The notes under the pieces: generated by a model | The model's input: the letters and a program-made list of their open reading frames with translations, nothing else | What the model was told of the DNA's origin: nothing | Databases searched by the model: none | Translations under genes and position numbers: made by a program | Part shown: piece after piece, positions 1 through 8,827 of the stretch | Layout of the letters: each line of letters begins with the position of its first letter | Numbering within the stretch: the stretch's first letter is position 1 | NCBI GenBank assembly: GCA_051439605.1 | Contig: JBFRWN010000098.1 | Location: 32,001 to 96,000, forward strand | DNA length: 64,000 nt | Source of the DNA: Synechococcus sp. | GTDB taxonomy: Bacteria; Cyanobacteriota; Cyanobacteriia; Thermostichales; PCC-7336 | Direction of reading: 5' to 3'

Positions 1-276
1 ACGCTCTCGGGCATCGAGATCGGCATCAAACACATCGTTGAACACCACCCCTCCGGCATACAGGCCCGTAGTGGCCAGCACCAACCAACCCAGAGGTTGT
101 AGTTGAGTCAGAATCTCGGTTAATGGATGTCCCCGCATCCCGTGCATCGCGGTTCCACCCAAACCTGCAATGGCGAAACCTACCCAAATATCTGCCCAAG
201 CCGTGACTACATTGGCGGGCCGGGTCATCTGCAGATAGGGCAGTGGAGACCAACTACGAGCGGGTATGGCAGACAT
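1..276 (-). CDS. eboC: EboC, UbiA-family prenyltransferase (partial, runs off window start)
   Basis: Manual translation from ATG at 276: MSAIPARSWSPLPYLQMTRPANVVTAWADIWVGF...LATTGLYAGGVVFNDVFDADLDARER. Contains the RPAN motif and the UbiA Asp-rich NDxxDxxxD motif, and lies directly downstream of eboB. Not in the ORF track. Confidence 0.88.
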   Translation of the reverse strand, partial: MSAIPARSWSPLPYLQMTRPANVVTAWADIWVGFAIAGLGGTAMHGMRGHPLTEILTQLQPLGWLVLATTGLYAGGVVFNDVFDADLDARER

Positions 277-288
277 AACACTTCCCCT

Positions 289-1212
289 CTATTTGATAAG
301 CAACGAGTCGCTGCCCGCTTCTACCACTGGTGCTTGGCCGCGCAGAACGGAGTTTCCGTCAAACAGCTCCCGCTGGTCAACCGCTGGTGGGTTTAGCCAG
401 TCTGACTCGTTCATTTGGCCGCTTTGGCTGTAGGCAGCAAGGGCGTTACCGTAACAAACGGCTTTGGTATCCGCTTCCGAAATACCTCGCTCAATCATCA
501 GTTGAGCGGTTTTGGGAACAGCAAGGGGATCGCTGATTCCCCAGTCTGCCGCGCTATCAATAATCACTCGCTCGCTGCCGTACTGCTTGACCAGATCCAC
601 CATACGCTCGTTTCCCATCTTGGTACTGGGGTAAATCGAGAAGGCAGCCCAAAAGCCACCGTCCAGGATTTCTTTGGCAGTTTCTTCGTTGGCATGGTCC
701 ACAATGACTCGCTCTGGAGCCATACCGTGCTCCAAACACACGGCTAAACTGCGACTGGTACCTTCTTTTTTATTGCGATGAGGGGTGTGAATCAGCACCA
801 GCATGTCTAGCTCTTGGGCTAGCTCTAGCTGCCTGCGGAAGAACTTGTCTTCTGCGGGAGTCATTTCGTCGTAGCCGATTTCACCTAGGGCTACTACCCC
901 TTCTTTACAGGCGTAAAGGGGTAGAATTTCCATCACCTGTTCTGCCAACTCAACATTATTGGCCTCTTTAGGATTGATGGAAATCGTGCAGTAGTGGCGG
1001 ATGCCAAATTGCCCCGCTCTAAACCGCTCCCAACCCACTAGGCTGTTGAAATAGTCTTTAAACGTGCCCAAACTGGTGCGAGGGGAACCTAGCCAAAAAG
1101 ACGGCTCGATAACAGCCACAACTCCGAATTGCTTCAGAATCATGTAGTCATAGGTTGTTCGAGCTGTCATATGGATGTGCGGATCGATGCACATCATGTG
1201 TTTGTTACTCAT
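289..1212 (-). CDS. eboB: EboB, TatD-family hydrolase
   Basis: IDPHIH, ALGEIG, IHTPH and DSAADWG motifs of TatD/EboB; lies between eboA and eboC. Start uncertain (ORF open to 1266; ATGs at 1224, 1212, 1197). Confidence 0.88.
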   Translation of the reverse strand: MSNKHMMCIDPHIHMTARTTYDYMILKQFGVVAVIEPSFWLGSPRTSLGTFKDYFNSLVGWERFRAGQFGIRHYCTISINPKEANNVELAEQVMEILPLYACKEGVVALGEIGYDEMTPAEDKFFRRQLELAQELDMLVLIHTPHRNKKEGTSRSLAVCLEHGMAPERVIVDHANEETAKEILDGGFWAAFSIYPSTKMGNERMVDLVKQYGSERVIIDSAADWGISDPLAVPKTAQLMIERGISEADTKAVCYGNALAAYSQSGQMNESDWLNPPAVDQRELFDGNSVLRGQAPVVEAGSDSLLIK

Positions 1213-1330
1213 AGTGGAATTCATAGAGGGTTGCAACGGGGGCTTCAACTTGAAATAGGAATTCACGGGGGGGGGATTCCAGCGGGGTGGATTTACCGCC
1301 TTGAAAGACGATTCTTATCGCTAGCTATCC

Positions 1331-2242
1331 TTAAGACGTTGCCCCAAAGTAAGTCTCGGTATGGCTTTGCCAAGTCAGTTGGCCGGACTCGATTCGGTCC
1401 CGTAAGTCAGGGCGACTATCTAACAACTGCTGGGCTGCTGGGATGGAGGCTTTGGAGAGAGCTAATGCTGCTGCTTCCTGCTGAACGGCCTCAGGATTTT
1501 GCAAGACTTTTTCAAGATCGGGGATCAATTCAGAGGTTATGAAGGGACCCACCGGCCGCCAGAGTTCCGGGCTGACTTCCCGAGAGGCCGCCCAACGCTC
1601 GTGGGCATAATCTCTCAAGATTAGCGCCAGAGTTGGATTAGCTCGTCGATCTAGCCCCTGAATGGGATAGAGGGGACTGCCGACAAATAGCGCTTTGAGA
1701 ACTAACTGATTCCATGCAAGCTCGTCAAACTGCTCTGCAGGGTAAGGGTTGCGCAGGGCGATCGCGTTAAAAACCGGAGTCATGCTTGTGCGAGGACCCT
1801 CCAGCGCCCGAGGAAGCAGTGCTTCTGGATGAGGTAGCAAAGCCAAACTTTCGAACAAAGTTGTCAGTTCATTGACGTCGGCCGCCATAAATAGTTGCTC
1901 TAGAGTATCGACGTATCGATCCACATCGTCGGAAGGGATCGATAGCAGCAGCAAGATTCGACCGGCGCGATCGAGACTCCAATGACCGGGGGACCACCCC
2001 GGACGTAACTGCTCTGCCGCTTGCAAATCTTTCTCCGATAGTTCCAAATCCGCTTTGCCTAGATATCTCGGTACCGCACTAAAGGCAGAGAACACGATGT
2101 ACTTAGGTGCACCATTGGCAATATATTGTCGTTTCTCGTGCAGCCATATCAAACCATCGTGGCTACACTTATCAGTCAGCCAACTGTCGATGAGGTCAAC
2201 TGCGCGGCTGAACTTGGGAGGAATCGCTGTTGAGAGAGCCAT
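1331..2242 (-). CDS. eboA: EboA domain-containing protein
   Basis: VFNAIALRNPYPAEQFDELAWNQLVLKALF and DYAHERWAASREVSPELWRPVGPF are typical of EboA; first gene of the ebo cluster. Confidence 0.85.
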   Translation of the reverse strand: MALSTAIPPKFSRAVDLIDSWLTDKCSHDGLIWLHEKRQYIANGAPKYIVFSAFSAVPRYLGKADLELSEKDLQAAEQLRPGWSPGHWSLDRAGRILLLLSIPSDDVDRYVDTLEQLFMAADVNELTTLFESLALLPHPEALLPRALEGPRTSMTPVFNAIALRNPYPAEQFDELAWNQLVLKALFVGSPLYPIQGLDRRANPTLALILRDYAHERWAASREVSPELWRPVGPFITSELIPDLEKVLQNPEAVQQEAAALALSKASIPAAQQLLDSRPDLRDRIESGQLTWQSHTETYFGATS

Positions 2243-2650
2243 GGCTTGAGAAGCTTTTTACAGATGGAACAGGATTGTCAGTCAATGCATTCAAACAAGT
2301 AGTGCAGAACAAGGCATCAGCTGATAAACAGCCTAAACATTCGTACGAGCTACCATTACAGAATTTCCCTAAATAAGGTATAAAATTCGATTTCTGTAAA
2401 CTTTATTCAGTATATGCACCTATGTACAGCTTTAGTCTGTGTACTTAACAACAGTATTGTTCATCCATTCGTGGTTCTTTCAGCTATGTCGAGAGTTTAC
2501 TGTCTGTTGAATACTGCTGAAGACATCGACCCTGAATGGTGTTTTCTTTTGGTTTTGTCGATTGCTAGCAAACGAGTTGATTTCTGAGGCTAAGATGGCT
2601 AGCTTTTACTGCCTGACCCCTGACATTTGAAGTACATCAAGTTCCATAGC

Positions 2651-2685
2651 AAAGCCCTCCCAGCAGTCTGGACCGCTGAGAGGGT
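2651..2685 (-). terminator. Putative intrinsic terminator of typA
   Basis: Imperfect hairpin CCCTC-C-CAGC...GCTG-A-GAGGG followed by a short T run on the minus strand, just downstream of typA. Confidence 0.45.
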
Positions 2686-2738
2686 AATAAGCCCGGGTCT
2701 TAGGGATGCTAGCCACACTGGTGGACAGAATCCTACTT

Positions 2739-4556
2739 TTATCGTTTGGCCGCCTTAAGCTTAGCTTTACGCAGTCGAACCGATTGAGGAGTCACTTCTA
2801 CCAGTTCCTCGTCATCGATATATTCTAACGCCCGCTCTAAGCTCATATCCTCAGGTGCTTGCAGGTGAACGAGTTCTTCCCCGGTGGCCGAGCGGTGGTT
2901 GGTGAGCTGTTTCGCCTTGCAAACATTGAGGTCAATATCTTGGGGACGATTGTGTTCACCGACAATCATGCCCGGGTAAACCTTGGTGCCAGGGGTAATG
3001 AAGAATACACCGCGATCCTCAGCATTCCGTAGGGAATACGCCGTGGCATCTCCCTCTGCGAAGGAAATAATCACTCCATTGCGACGCTTTTCCAGGGCGC
3101 CAACCATGGGGCGATAGTCCAAGAAGCTGTGACTCATGATGCCTTCCCCCTTGGTAATCCGGATGAATTCGCTGCGATAGCCGATCAGCCCGCGAGCGGG
3201 AATGACAAACTCTAGATGGGTACGGCCATTGCCAGCCACCATCATGTCTTGCATTTCGGCGCGACGGGTACCCAATTTCTCGATGCAAGAGCCGCTCGCC
3301 TCATCCGGAACATCTAAGACCAGTGTTTCGAATGGTTCGCAGGGCTGACCGTTGATTTCGCGGAAAATTACGCGGGGCTGAGCAACCTGGAACTCGTAGC
3401 CCTCGCGACGCATGTTCTCAATCAAAATACCCAGGTGCAATTCTCCACGCCCGGACACCAAAAAGCGATCGGGGGAGTCAGTGGGTTCCACACGCAGAGC
3501 CACGTTAGTCTCTAGCTCGCGCATGAGGCGATCTCGAATTTGACGTGAGGTCACATAATCCCCTTCCTGACCGGCAAAAGGGGAATCGTTGACACTGAAT
3601 TGCATCTGCAAGGTGGGCTCATCCACCGTGATCAATGGCAACGCTTGAGGATCTTCCGGACTGGTCAGGGTGAACCCAATATTGGCATCGGCAAATCCAG
3701 CTACAGCCACAATGTTACCGGCGGTAGCTTCCTCCAGTTCGATTCGGTTGAGCCCTTCAAATCCAAACAGCTTGGAAACGCGTGCTTTGACGATGGAACC
3801 GTCGTCGGTCACCATCGCAAGGGTTTCGCCAGAGCGAATGGTGCCGTTGTGCACTTTGCCTCGCACAATCCGACCTAAGAAGTCATCGTACTCCAGTGTG
3901 GTCACTTGTAATTGCAAGGGCTTTTCCGGATCGCCGACTGGAGCAGGAACGTGCTCGATCAGGGAATCAAACAGGGGTTGCATGTCCTTTTTGCCTTCAA
4001 ACTCATCGGCGAGAACGGCGTCCAAGCTATCCTCGTCGATCGCGTAACCTTGCATCCCCGAGGCAAACAGGTAAGGGAAATCACACTGGTCGTCATCAGC
4101 ACCCAGTTCGATAAATAGGTCGAGGACTTTATCGATCGCCTTCATGGGTTCTGCACGGGGGCGATCGATCTTGTTCACAACCACAATTGGGCGCAGACCT
4201 TTCTCCAGTGCCTTGCGTAACACAAACCGCGTTTGGGGCATGGGACCTTCATTGGCATCCACCAGCAACAGGCAACCTTCTACCATGCCAAGTACCCGCT
4301 CAACTTCGCCACCGAAATCGGCGTGGCCGGGGGTATCGACAATATTGATTAGGGTTTCGCCATAGCGAACAGCGGTATTTTTCGAAAGAATGGTGATGCC
4401 CCGCTCCCGCTCGATGTCGTTAGAGTCCATGATGCAGGTGGGCATGACTTCATCATCGCGAAACAAGCCAGACTGTTGTAGAAGGGCATCCACCAGAGTG
4501 GTTTTTCCATGGTCGACGTGAGCAATGATGGCAACGTTACGAATTGGAGTGGTCAT
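2739..4556 (-). CDS. typA: Translational GTPase TypA/BipA
   Basis: [50 protein letters not shown] motifs. Confidence 0.97.
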   Translation of the reverse strand: MTTPIRNVAIIAHVDHGKTTLVDALLQQSGLFRDDEVMPTCIMDSNDIERERGITILSKNTAVRYGETLINIVDTPGHADFGGEVERVLGMVEGCLLLVDANEGPMPQTRFVLRKALEKGLRPIVVVNKIDRPRAEPMKAIDKVLDLFIELGADDDQCDFPYLFASGMQGYAIDEDSLDAVLADEFEGKKDMQPLFDSLIEHVPAPVGDPEKPLQLQVTTLEYDDFLGRIVRGKVHNGTIRSGETLAMVTDDGSIVKARVSKLFGFEGLNRIELEEATAGNIVAVAGFADANIGFTLTSPEDPQALPLITVDEPTLQMQFSVNDSPFAGQEGDYVTSRQIRDRLMRELETNVALRVEPTDSPDRFLVSGRGELHLGILIENMRREGYEFQVAQPRVIFREINGQPCEPFETLVLDVPDEASGSCIEKLGTRRAEMQDMMVAGNGRTHLEFVIPARGLIGYRSEFIRITKGEGIMSHSFLDYRPMVGALEKRRNGVIISFAEGDATAYSLRNAEDRGVFFITPGTKVYPGMIVGEHNRPQDIDLNVCKAKQLTNHRSATGEELVHLQAPEDMSLERALEYIDDEELVEVTPQSVRLRKAKLKAAKR

Positions 4557-4902
4557 AAATCGGACAGGAAGTACTGCAGTAAGGAATGGGCGGCCTCAAG
4601 CAGTCTGGAACAGCCCAGTACAAACTGGCCAATCGCTCAAAAGCTTGATGCGTATGCAAAAAATGATACAAAGAGCAGGGTGAGCTGCAAAAGAGATAAG
4701 GTCTTTGTCTCCCCCCAAAGAGCCAATATTGGAATGCTCTCAAACCAGTTATCCATGCAAAATCTTAACAATTGTAACGTGCCTGTTGATTCCCGACGGA
4801 CTCTTATTCATTTTGAGAGTCTTCAAACCACTCTGATGTCAGCTCGAGCGTTGCAAAAGAGGCCAGCAAAGAGGTCCGATCGCACAAGCAAACACCGGGA
4901 TC

Positions 4903-4930
4903 CAAAAACAAACCCCAGCCACAGCTGGGG
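4903..4930 (-). terminator. Intrinsic terminator of psb30
   Basis: Minus strand CCCCAGC-TGTG-GCTGGGG followed by TTTGTTTTT. Confidence 0.65.
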
Positions 4931-4990
4931 GATGTAAATGTCGCGCATGCCGAGTAAACCTGCCCAAGGTGAGTCAGAGCTATGCCTCAA

Positions 4991-5098
4991 CTACATGTCA
5001 GCACCACGAAGATAAAGCACGAAGATAACGGCGGGGCCGGCCAGAACAATTAGGGCCAGCAGAAAAAGTTGAATAAAAACTTCGAAACTACCAAACAT
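4991..5098 (-). CDS. psb30: Photosystem II reaction centre protein Psb30 (Ycf12)
   Basis: Manual translation MFGSFEVFIQLFLLALIVLAGPAVIFVLYLRGADM* (35 aa) with the Ycf12 LIVLAGPAVIF...RG-D signature; below the ORF-track cutoff. Confidence 0.92.
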   Translation of the reverse strand: MFGSFEVFIQLFLLALIVLAGPAVIFVLYLRGADM

Positions 5099-5202
5099 TT
5101 TGGGAAACCCTTCTCAATTTGATGTCTCAGATTGTAACGCAGTTGGCTCCAATCCTCTTAAGGAAGCCCGTCAAGGTTTGCAGATGTTCAAGAACTGAAG
5201 TT

Positions 5203-5823
5203 CTAAAGGAATCGAAATGGTAAGCGTGGTGGAGAGCCAGTTTCTTTAGCCAATTCGAAGTTGATCACAGACCAGCGCATTTCCTCCAATACATCATCTT
5301 CGAGGACAGGGGGGTAGGGATGGGAGGACAAAGGTTTGTTGACCTCTGTCGAAGGACATTCTTCAGCGGAGATCGTCGAGCTAGATGCAGCGGAGGATGA
5401 GGCAACTGTGGCGGCGGGCTGCTGGCTAAAGCTGACCGGTAAACCGTAAAGCCTCCACTCGCCATTGTTGTGTCGACGGGAATGATTGCTTTGTAAATAG
5501 GACTTTAGTAGTTGGCTGTACCGATGAGCAATAGTAACTGCAGTGGCCCTCATCCCCTGAGCATGGAGGCGATCGAGTTCTTCATGGATTTCAAACCGAA
5601 TTCCATCAACATGGGTATGTTGTCGAAACCAACAATTATTCCAACGGCGCCAGCGACGCCCTGATTGCAGGTGAACCAACTCTCCGGTGCCTGATTCCGC
5701 TTCAAATGCACCGTGGCGTTCGCACAGATAGGCATCCGTCAACATCAGCGCCGGGATTGCCTTATTACAGTGGGGGCAAGAGATTTCTGCTCCGAAAATG
5801 GGTGGAGAAAAACTAACGTCCAT
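5203..5823 (-). CDS. Conserved cyanobacterial protein, TIGR02652 family
   Basis: PIFGAEISCPHC...LTDAYLCERHGAFEA...LVHLQSGRRWRRW...RQHTHVDGIRFEIHEELDRL. Confidence 0.8.
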   Translation of the reverse strand: MDVSFSPPIFGAEISCPHCNKAIPALMLTDAYLCERHGAFEAESGTGELVHLQSGRRWRRWNNCWFRQHTHVDGIRFEIHEELDRLHAQGMRATAVTIAHRYSQLLKSYLQSNHSRRHNNGEWRLYGLPVSFSQQPAATVASSSAASSSTISAEECPSTEVNKPLSSHPYPPVLEDDVLEEMRWSVINFELAKETGSPPRLPFRFL

Positions 5824-6207
5824 AGGTTGCTGAAGTTAGGCAATTGCTGTAGGTATATGCCAGGGAATGGGCATGGGTCTCTAGTCAAAGCGGGTTGATT
5901 AGGGTTGGTGCTCTTAATGAGAAGGCATCTAGTCTATTAGGAGCCGAAATGACATGGGTGTGATAGAGAGCAGACAGTCTTGAAACAGGTAACTTTAATA
6001 GAAGTAAACTGCGTTCCTTCAACCGGCTAGATTTAGCTGAGGGTGTAAATTTCCCCTTACACACAGAGCCCTGGCAGCTCCATTTCAATACGCATAGTAT
6101 ACAGATGGGAATTTGCATCCTTCTATGTCTGTTACATACCGGAATGCTTATGTTACGAAAGATGTCCGCACCCCTGAACTCGCATCGAGACTCGATTGAG
6201 CTAGGAA

Positions 6208-6579
6208 CTAAGCACAGAAATCCGCTTCGCTCAATGGCATGAGTTCGAATCCGTGAATTCTCCAATTACCATTATCCTGCCTATCCATGGGGTAAAGGGC
6301 CATTAGCAACTTCCCATCTTTAGCCATCACGCTCACCCGCTGGGTGGGTCGCTCGTCCAGCCAAGTCAAGTCGAGAAACAGGATAGAGCGGTGGCGATAG
6401 AGAGGACTGTAGCGCTTTTTCACCATAGATAGAAAAGTTTTCACAGAGCGAAACTGTGCTTGAATCGTTGGGCTGGCTAGTGAAAAAGCGGTTTCGGGAT
6501 CGTCTCTTCGAAATGCCTCTAATTGCCGCACGATAACGCGCCGGATTGCCTGGCGGTCGGTTGCTGTGATTTTCATCAT
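6208..6579 (-). CDS. DUF4864 domain-containing protein
   Basis: AIRRVIVRQLEAFRRDDPETAFSLASPTIQAQF...F..MVKKRYSPLYR...YPMDRQDNGNWRIHG. Confidence 0.8.
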   Translation of the reverse strand: MMKITATDRQAIRRVIVRQLEAFRRDDPETAFSLASPTIQAQFRSVKTFLSMVKKRYSPLYRHRSILFLDLTWLDERPTQRVSVMAKDGKLLMALYPMDRQDNGNWRIHGFELMPLSEADFCA

Positions 6580-6816
6580 CCCCTTACCACTAATAATCTC
6601 TACTGCTATTGAGTCCCAATGAATGAAGCTGGTTGTTTACTAGGCGTTGGTACGCTATCTGAGAGCCGTCAGTCATCCTTTGCCGGAACAGTTCTTTGAT
6701 ACCATCCTCCTTTGTCAGCCTTATTGGTCAAATGTCACCATTTTTTTTAATTGGTGCTAAATTATTGGAGTACTGAGCTGTCGGTTCTCAAATCGATTGC
6801 CACTTAATATCTAAAC

Positions 6817-7042
6817 CGCTTAGGGAATAGGAGGTGATGCCCATGGATAGTAGTAGTAAACAATTTTTGGGTCATCTATCTGAAGTAAGTCGGCTGTGTG
6901 CCGGGGCTGTTCTCGCTTTTTAGCTTGCCAACTTAGAGCTGAAGCTGGGTTCCTTCCGGAAGTCAGGCTCAGGAGATAATCCGACTAGACCGCTCCATCG
7001 GTTAGTACCACCCGGTACTGCTGGTAGAGCGGATAGTTTTTT
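6817..7042 (+). ncRNA. Candidate structured small RNA / dual-function RNA containing a 26-codon ORF (6843-6923)
   Basis: TAATAT -10-like element at 6805-6810; AGGAGGT at 6829-6835; ATG at 6843; long 3' hairpin 6990-7032 followed by TTTTTT. Transcript ends are inferred. Confidence 0.5.
6843..6923 (+). CDS. Putative small peptide MDSSSKQFLGHLSEVSRLCAGAVLAF
   Basis: Perfect Shine-Dalgarno AGGAGGT 7 nt upstream of ATG; translation not demonstrated. Confidence 0.35.
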   Translation: MDSSSKQFLGHLSEVSRLCAGAVLAF

Positions 7043-7325
7043 AAGGGGATGCTTGAACTTGTCGAAGTTCAAAGATACTCGGTGGGGCGGCTGCATTTAC
7101 AAGACTTAATGGGTTATTGGCGATCGCTAATTTTTTAGTTTTCCGTCGGGAATCCTGTAGTTTGATTTCGTCTCTGTTACATATAGCTGCGGTTAGTTTC
7201 AGTTGGGATGGCCATATCCGTTTCATTCAGTGTTTTAGCCAATGCAAGGATTGATGGGGCTTGGCTGTAGCCGAAATTGTTTTTTGATATGCTTGCAAGC
7301 TTTGGAAAGGATAACGTTATCAAGC

Positions 7326-7350
7326 AAAAACCAGCTTCTACTGAAGCTGG
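7326..7350 (-). terminator. Intrinsic terminator of psbI
   Basis: CCAGCTTC-(4 nt)-GAAGCTGG stem followed by TTTTT on the minus strand. Confidence 0.65.
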
Positions 7351-7413
7351 TCTAGCTGCAATTGCGCGGCTAACTTTAAGTTCGCTCGAAAGGAACCTGT
7401 AATTGCTCGGCAA

Positions 7414-7530
7414 CTACTCCAGATCGCGACGCTTAGGGTTACGAGCAGGGTCACTGTTGAGGAAACCGAAGACAAACAGACCCACAAAAAAGATGACGAC
7501 TGCGTAGACAGAGATTTTCAATAACAGCAT
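7414..7530 (-). CDS. psbI: Photosystem II reaction centre protein I
   Basis: Manual translation [38 protein letters not shown] (38 aa), canonical PsbI; not in the ORF track. Confidence 0.96.
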   Translation of the reverse strand: MLLLKISVYAVVIFFVGLFVFGFLNSDPARNPKRRDLE

Positions 7531-7694
7531 GTTGCGTAAATCCGTAAACTGTATCGAGTTCAATACGCTCGGACGTTATGGGCCAGACCGCAAGCCCGGG
7601 CCGAACGTTAAGCAAAATGAATTCCTCTAATAATATCGTGAATCTTCACAAATCGAAGTGCCGAATTAATGGATGGGGATTACTAGTTGATAGA

Positions 7695-8261
7695 TTACCC
7701 GTTGATAGGAACGACATCGCGGGGGTTGAAGCCGTGGGATGAAAGTTCTTGGGTGCGCTGAATGGCATTATCTACGCGGTCGACAAACATTACGCCATCG
7801 AGGTGATCGATTTCGTGTTGAATTACCCGTGCCAACAGTCCGCTTGCCTTGATGCGCTTGGGGCGTCCGCTAGTGTCTTTAAAGCTGACAATGATTTTAG
7901 AGGGTCGCTTCACATCCAAGAAGACCTCGGGAATGCTAAGACATCCTTCCTGTCCTAAAACAGCATCATTAGAGCGATCCCTAACTTCTGGATTGATCAG
8001 TACTAGGGGCTCGGCGTTCGGTTGATCGGGGTCGCAGTCCACAACAATTAAGCGCTTGTTGATGCCCACTTGTGGGGCAGCTAAGCCAATGCCATCAGCA
8101 CTATACATAGTCTGCAGCATTTGACGAGCTAAATCCCGAATGCTGTCATCGATCTTGGAGATGCGCTTGGCTGGCTGGCGCAGGACTCGATCTCCCAGCT
8201 TGTGGATGTCAAATGGTGGATTTTTAAGTTTGGTTTTGGGAACGGCAAGGGAGGTGGGCAT
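7695..8261 (-). CDS. def: Peptide deformylase
   Basis: GIGLAAPQVG, EGCLS, QHEIDHLDG motifs. Confidence 0.97.
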   Translation of the reverse strand: MPTSLAVPKTKLKNPPFDIHKLGDRVLRQPAKRISKIDDSIRDLARQMLQTMYSADGIGLAAPQVGINKRLIVVDCDPDQPNAEPLVLINPEVRDRSNDAVLGQEGCLSIPEVFLDVKRPSKIIVSFKDTSGRPKRIKASGLLARVIQHEIDHLDGVMFVDRVDNAIQRTQELSSHGFNPRDVVPING

Positions 8262-8827
8262 CGGATCTGACTAGTTTCAGTGAGGGCAGCGAAGACTGGA
8301 TATAAGATGCTTGCGAAATGTTACTTCTATCTTAACGAATTTTAGAGCTTAGGTCGAAGTCACTTCGGTTTTAGAGGGTCCCGGAGGGGAACTCCCGCCC
8401 CTGCGCTGGCGATCTCCTAGCACAGTCGGGTAGAGCTAATGGAGATGAGAACAAGCGCTGGAGGAGATACTGACTTAAGGAAAAGACTGTTTTTGAGGAT
8501 CGTGGGCAACGAATGCTCGAACTGTTCCAGCCGCGAAATATGCAATCTGCCACAGTGCTTCGCTGTCCGCAGTCCAGGTGAATATGTCTGAATTATGCCC
8601 GATGAAGTGCTTCTGTTCATCTGAGCAGCAGTACTGTTTTAGCTGGATACTCCGGTTTGTGGAGCATCTCGTGCATCGATGAATGGCCTCCCTAGGTGAT
8701 GGGCTTATCGACGGTAGCATCCACACAGATGATTGAAAACAGCATTTGAGACAGCTCAACCTCCACCAGTGGCATCATAAAAACAGAGCCATCCCAGCTA
8801 TACGTTTCTCACTCTGCATATCCTCTC

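Noticed and set aside
26..253. 75-aa minus-strand ORF from the track
   Set aside because: Wrong frame; the real gene is eboC, starting at 276 in another frame.
8371..8759. Several overlapping short ORFs between def and mutS2, some Cys-rich
   Set aside because: No recognisable family or convincing RBS; most likely divergent promoter DNA.
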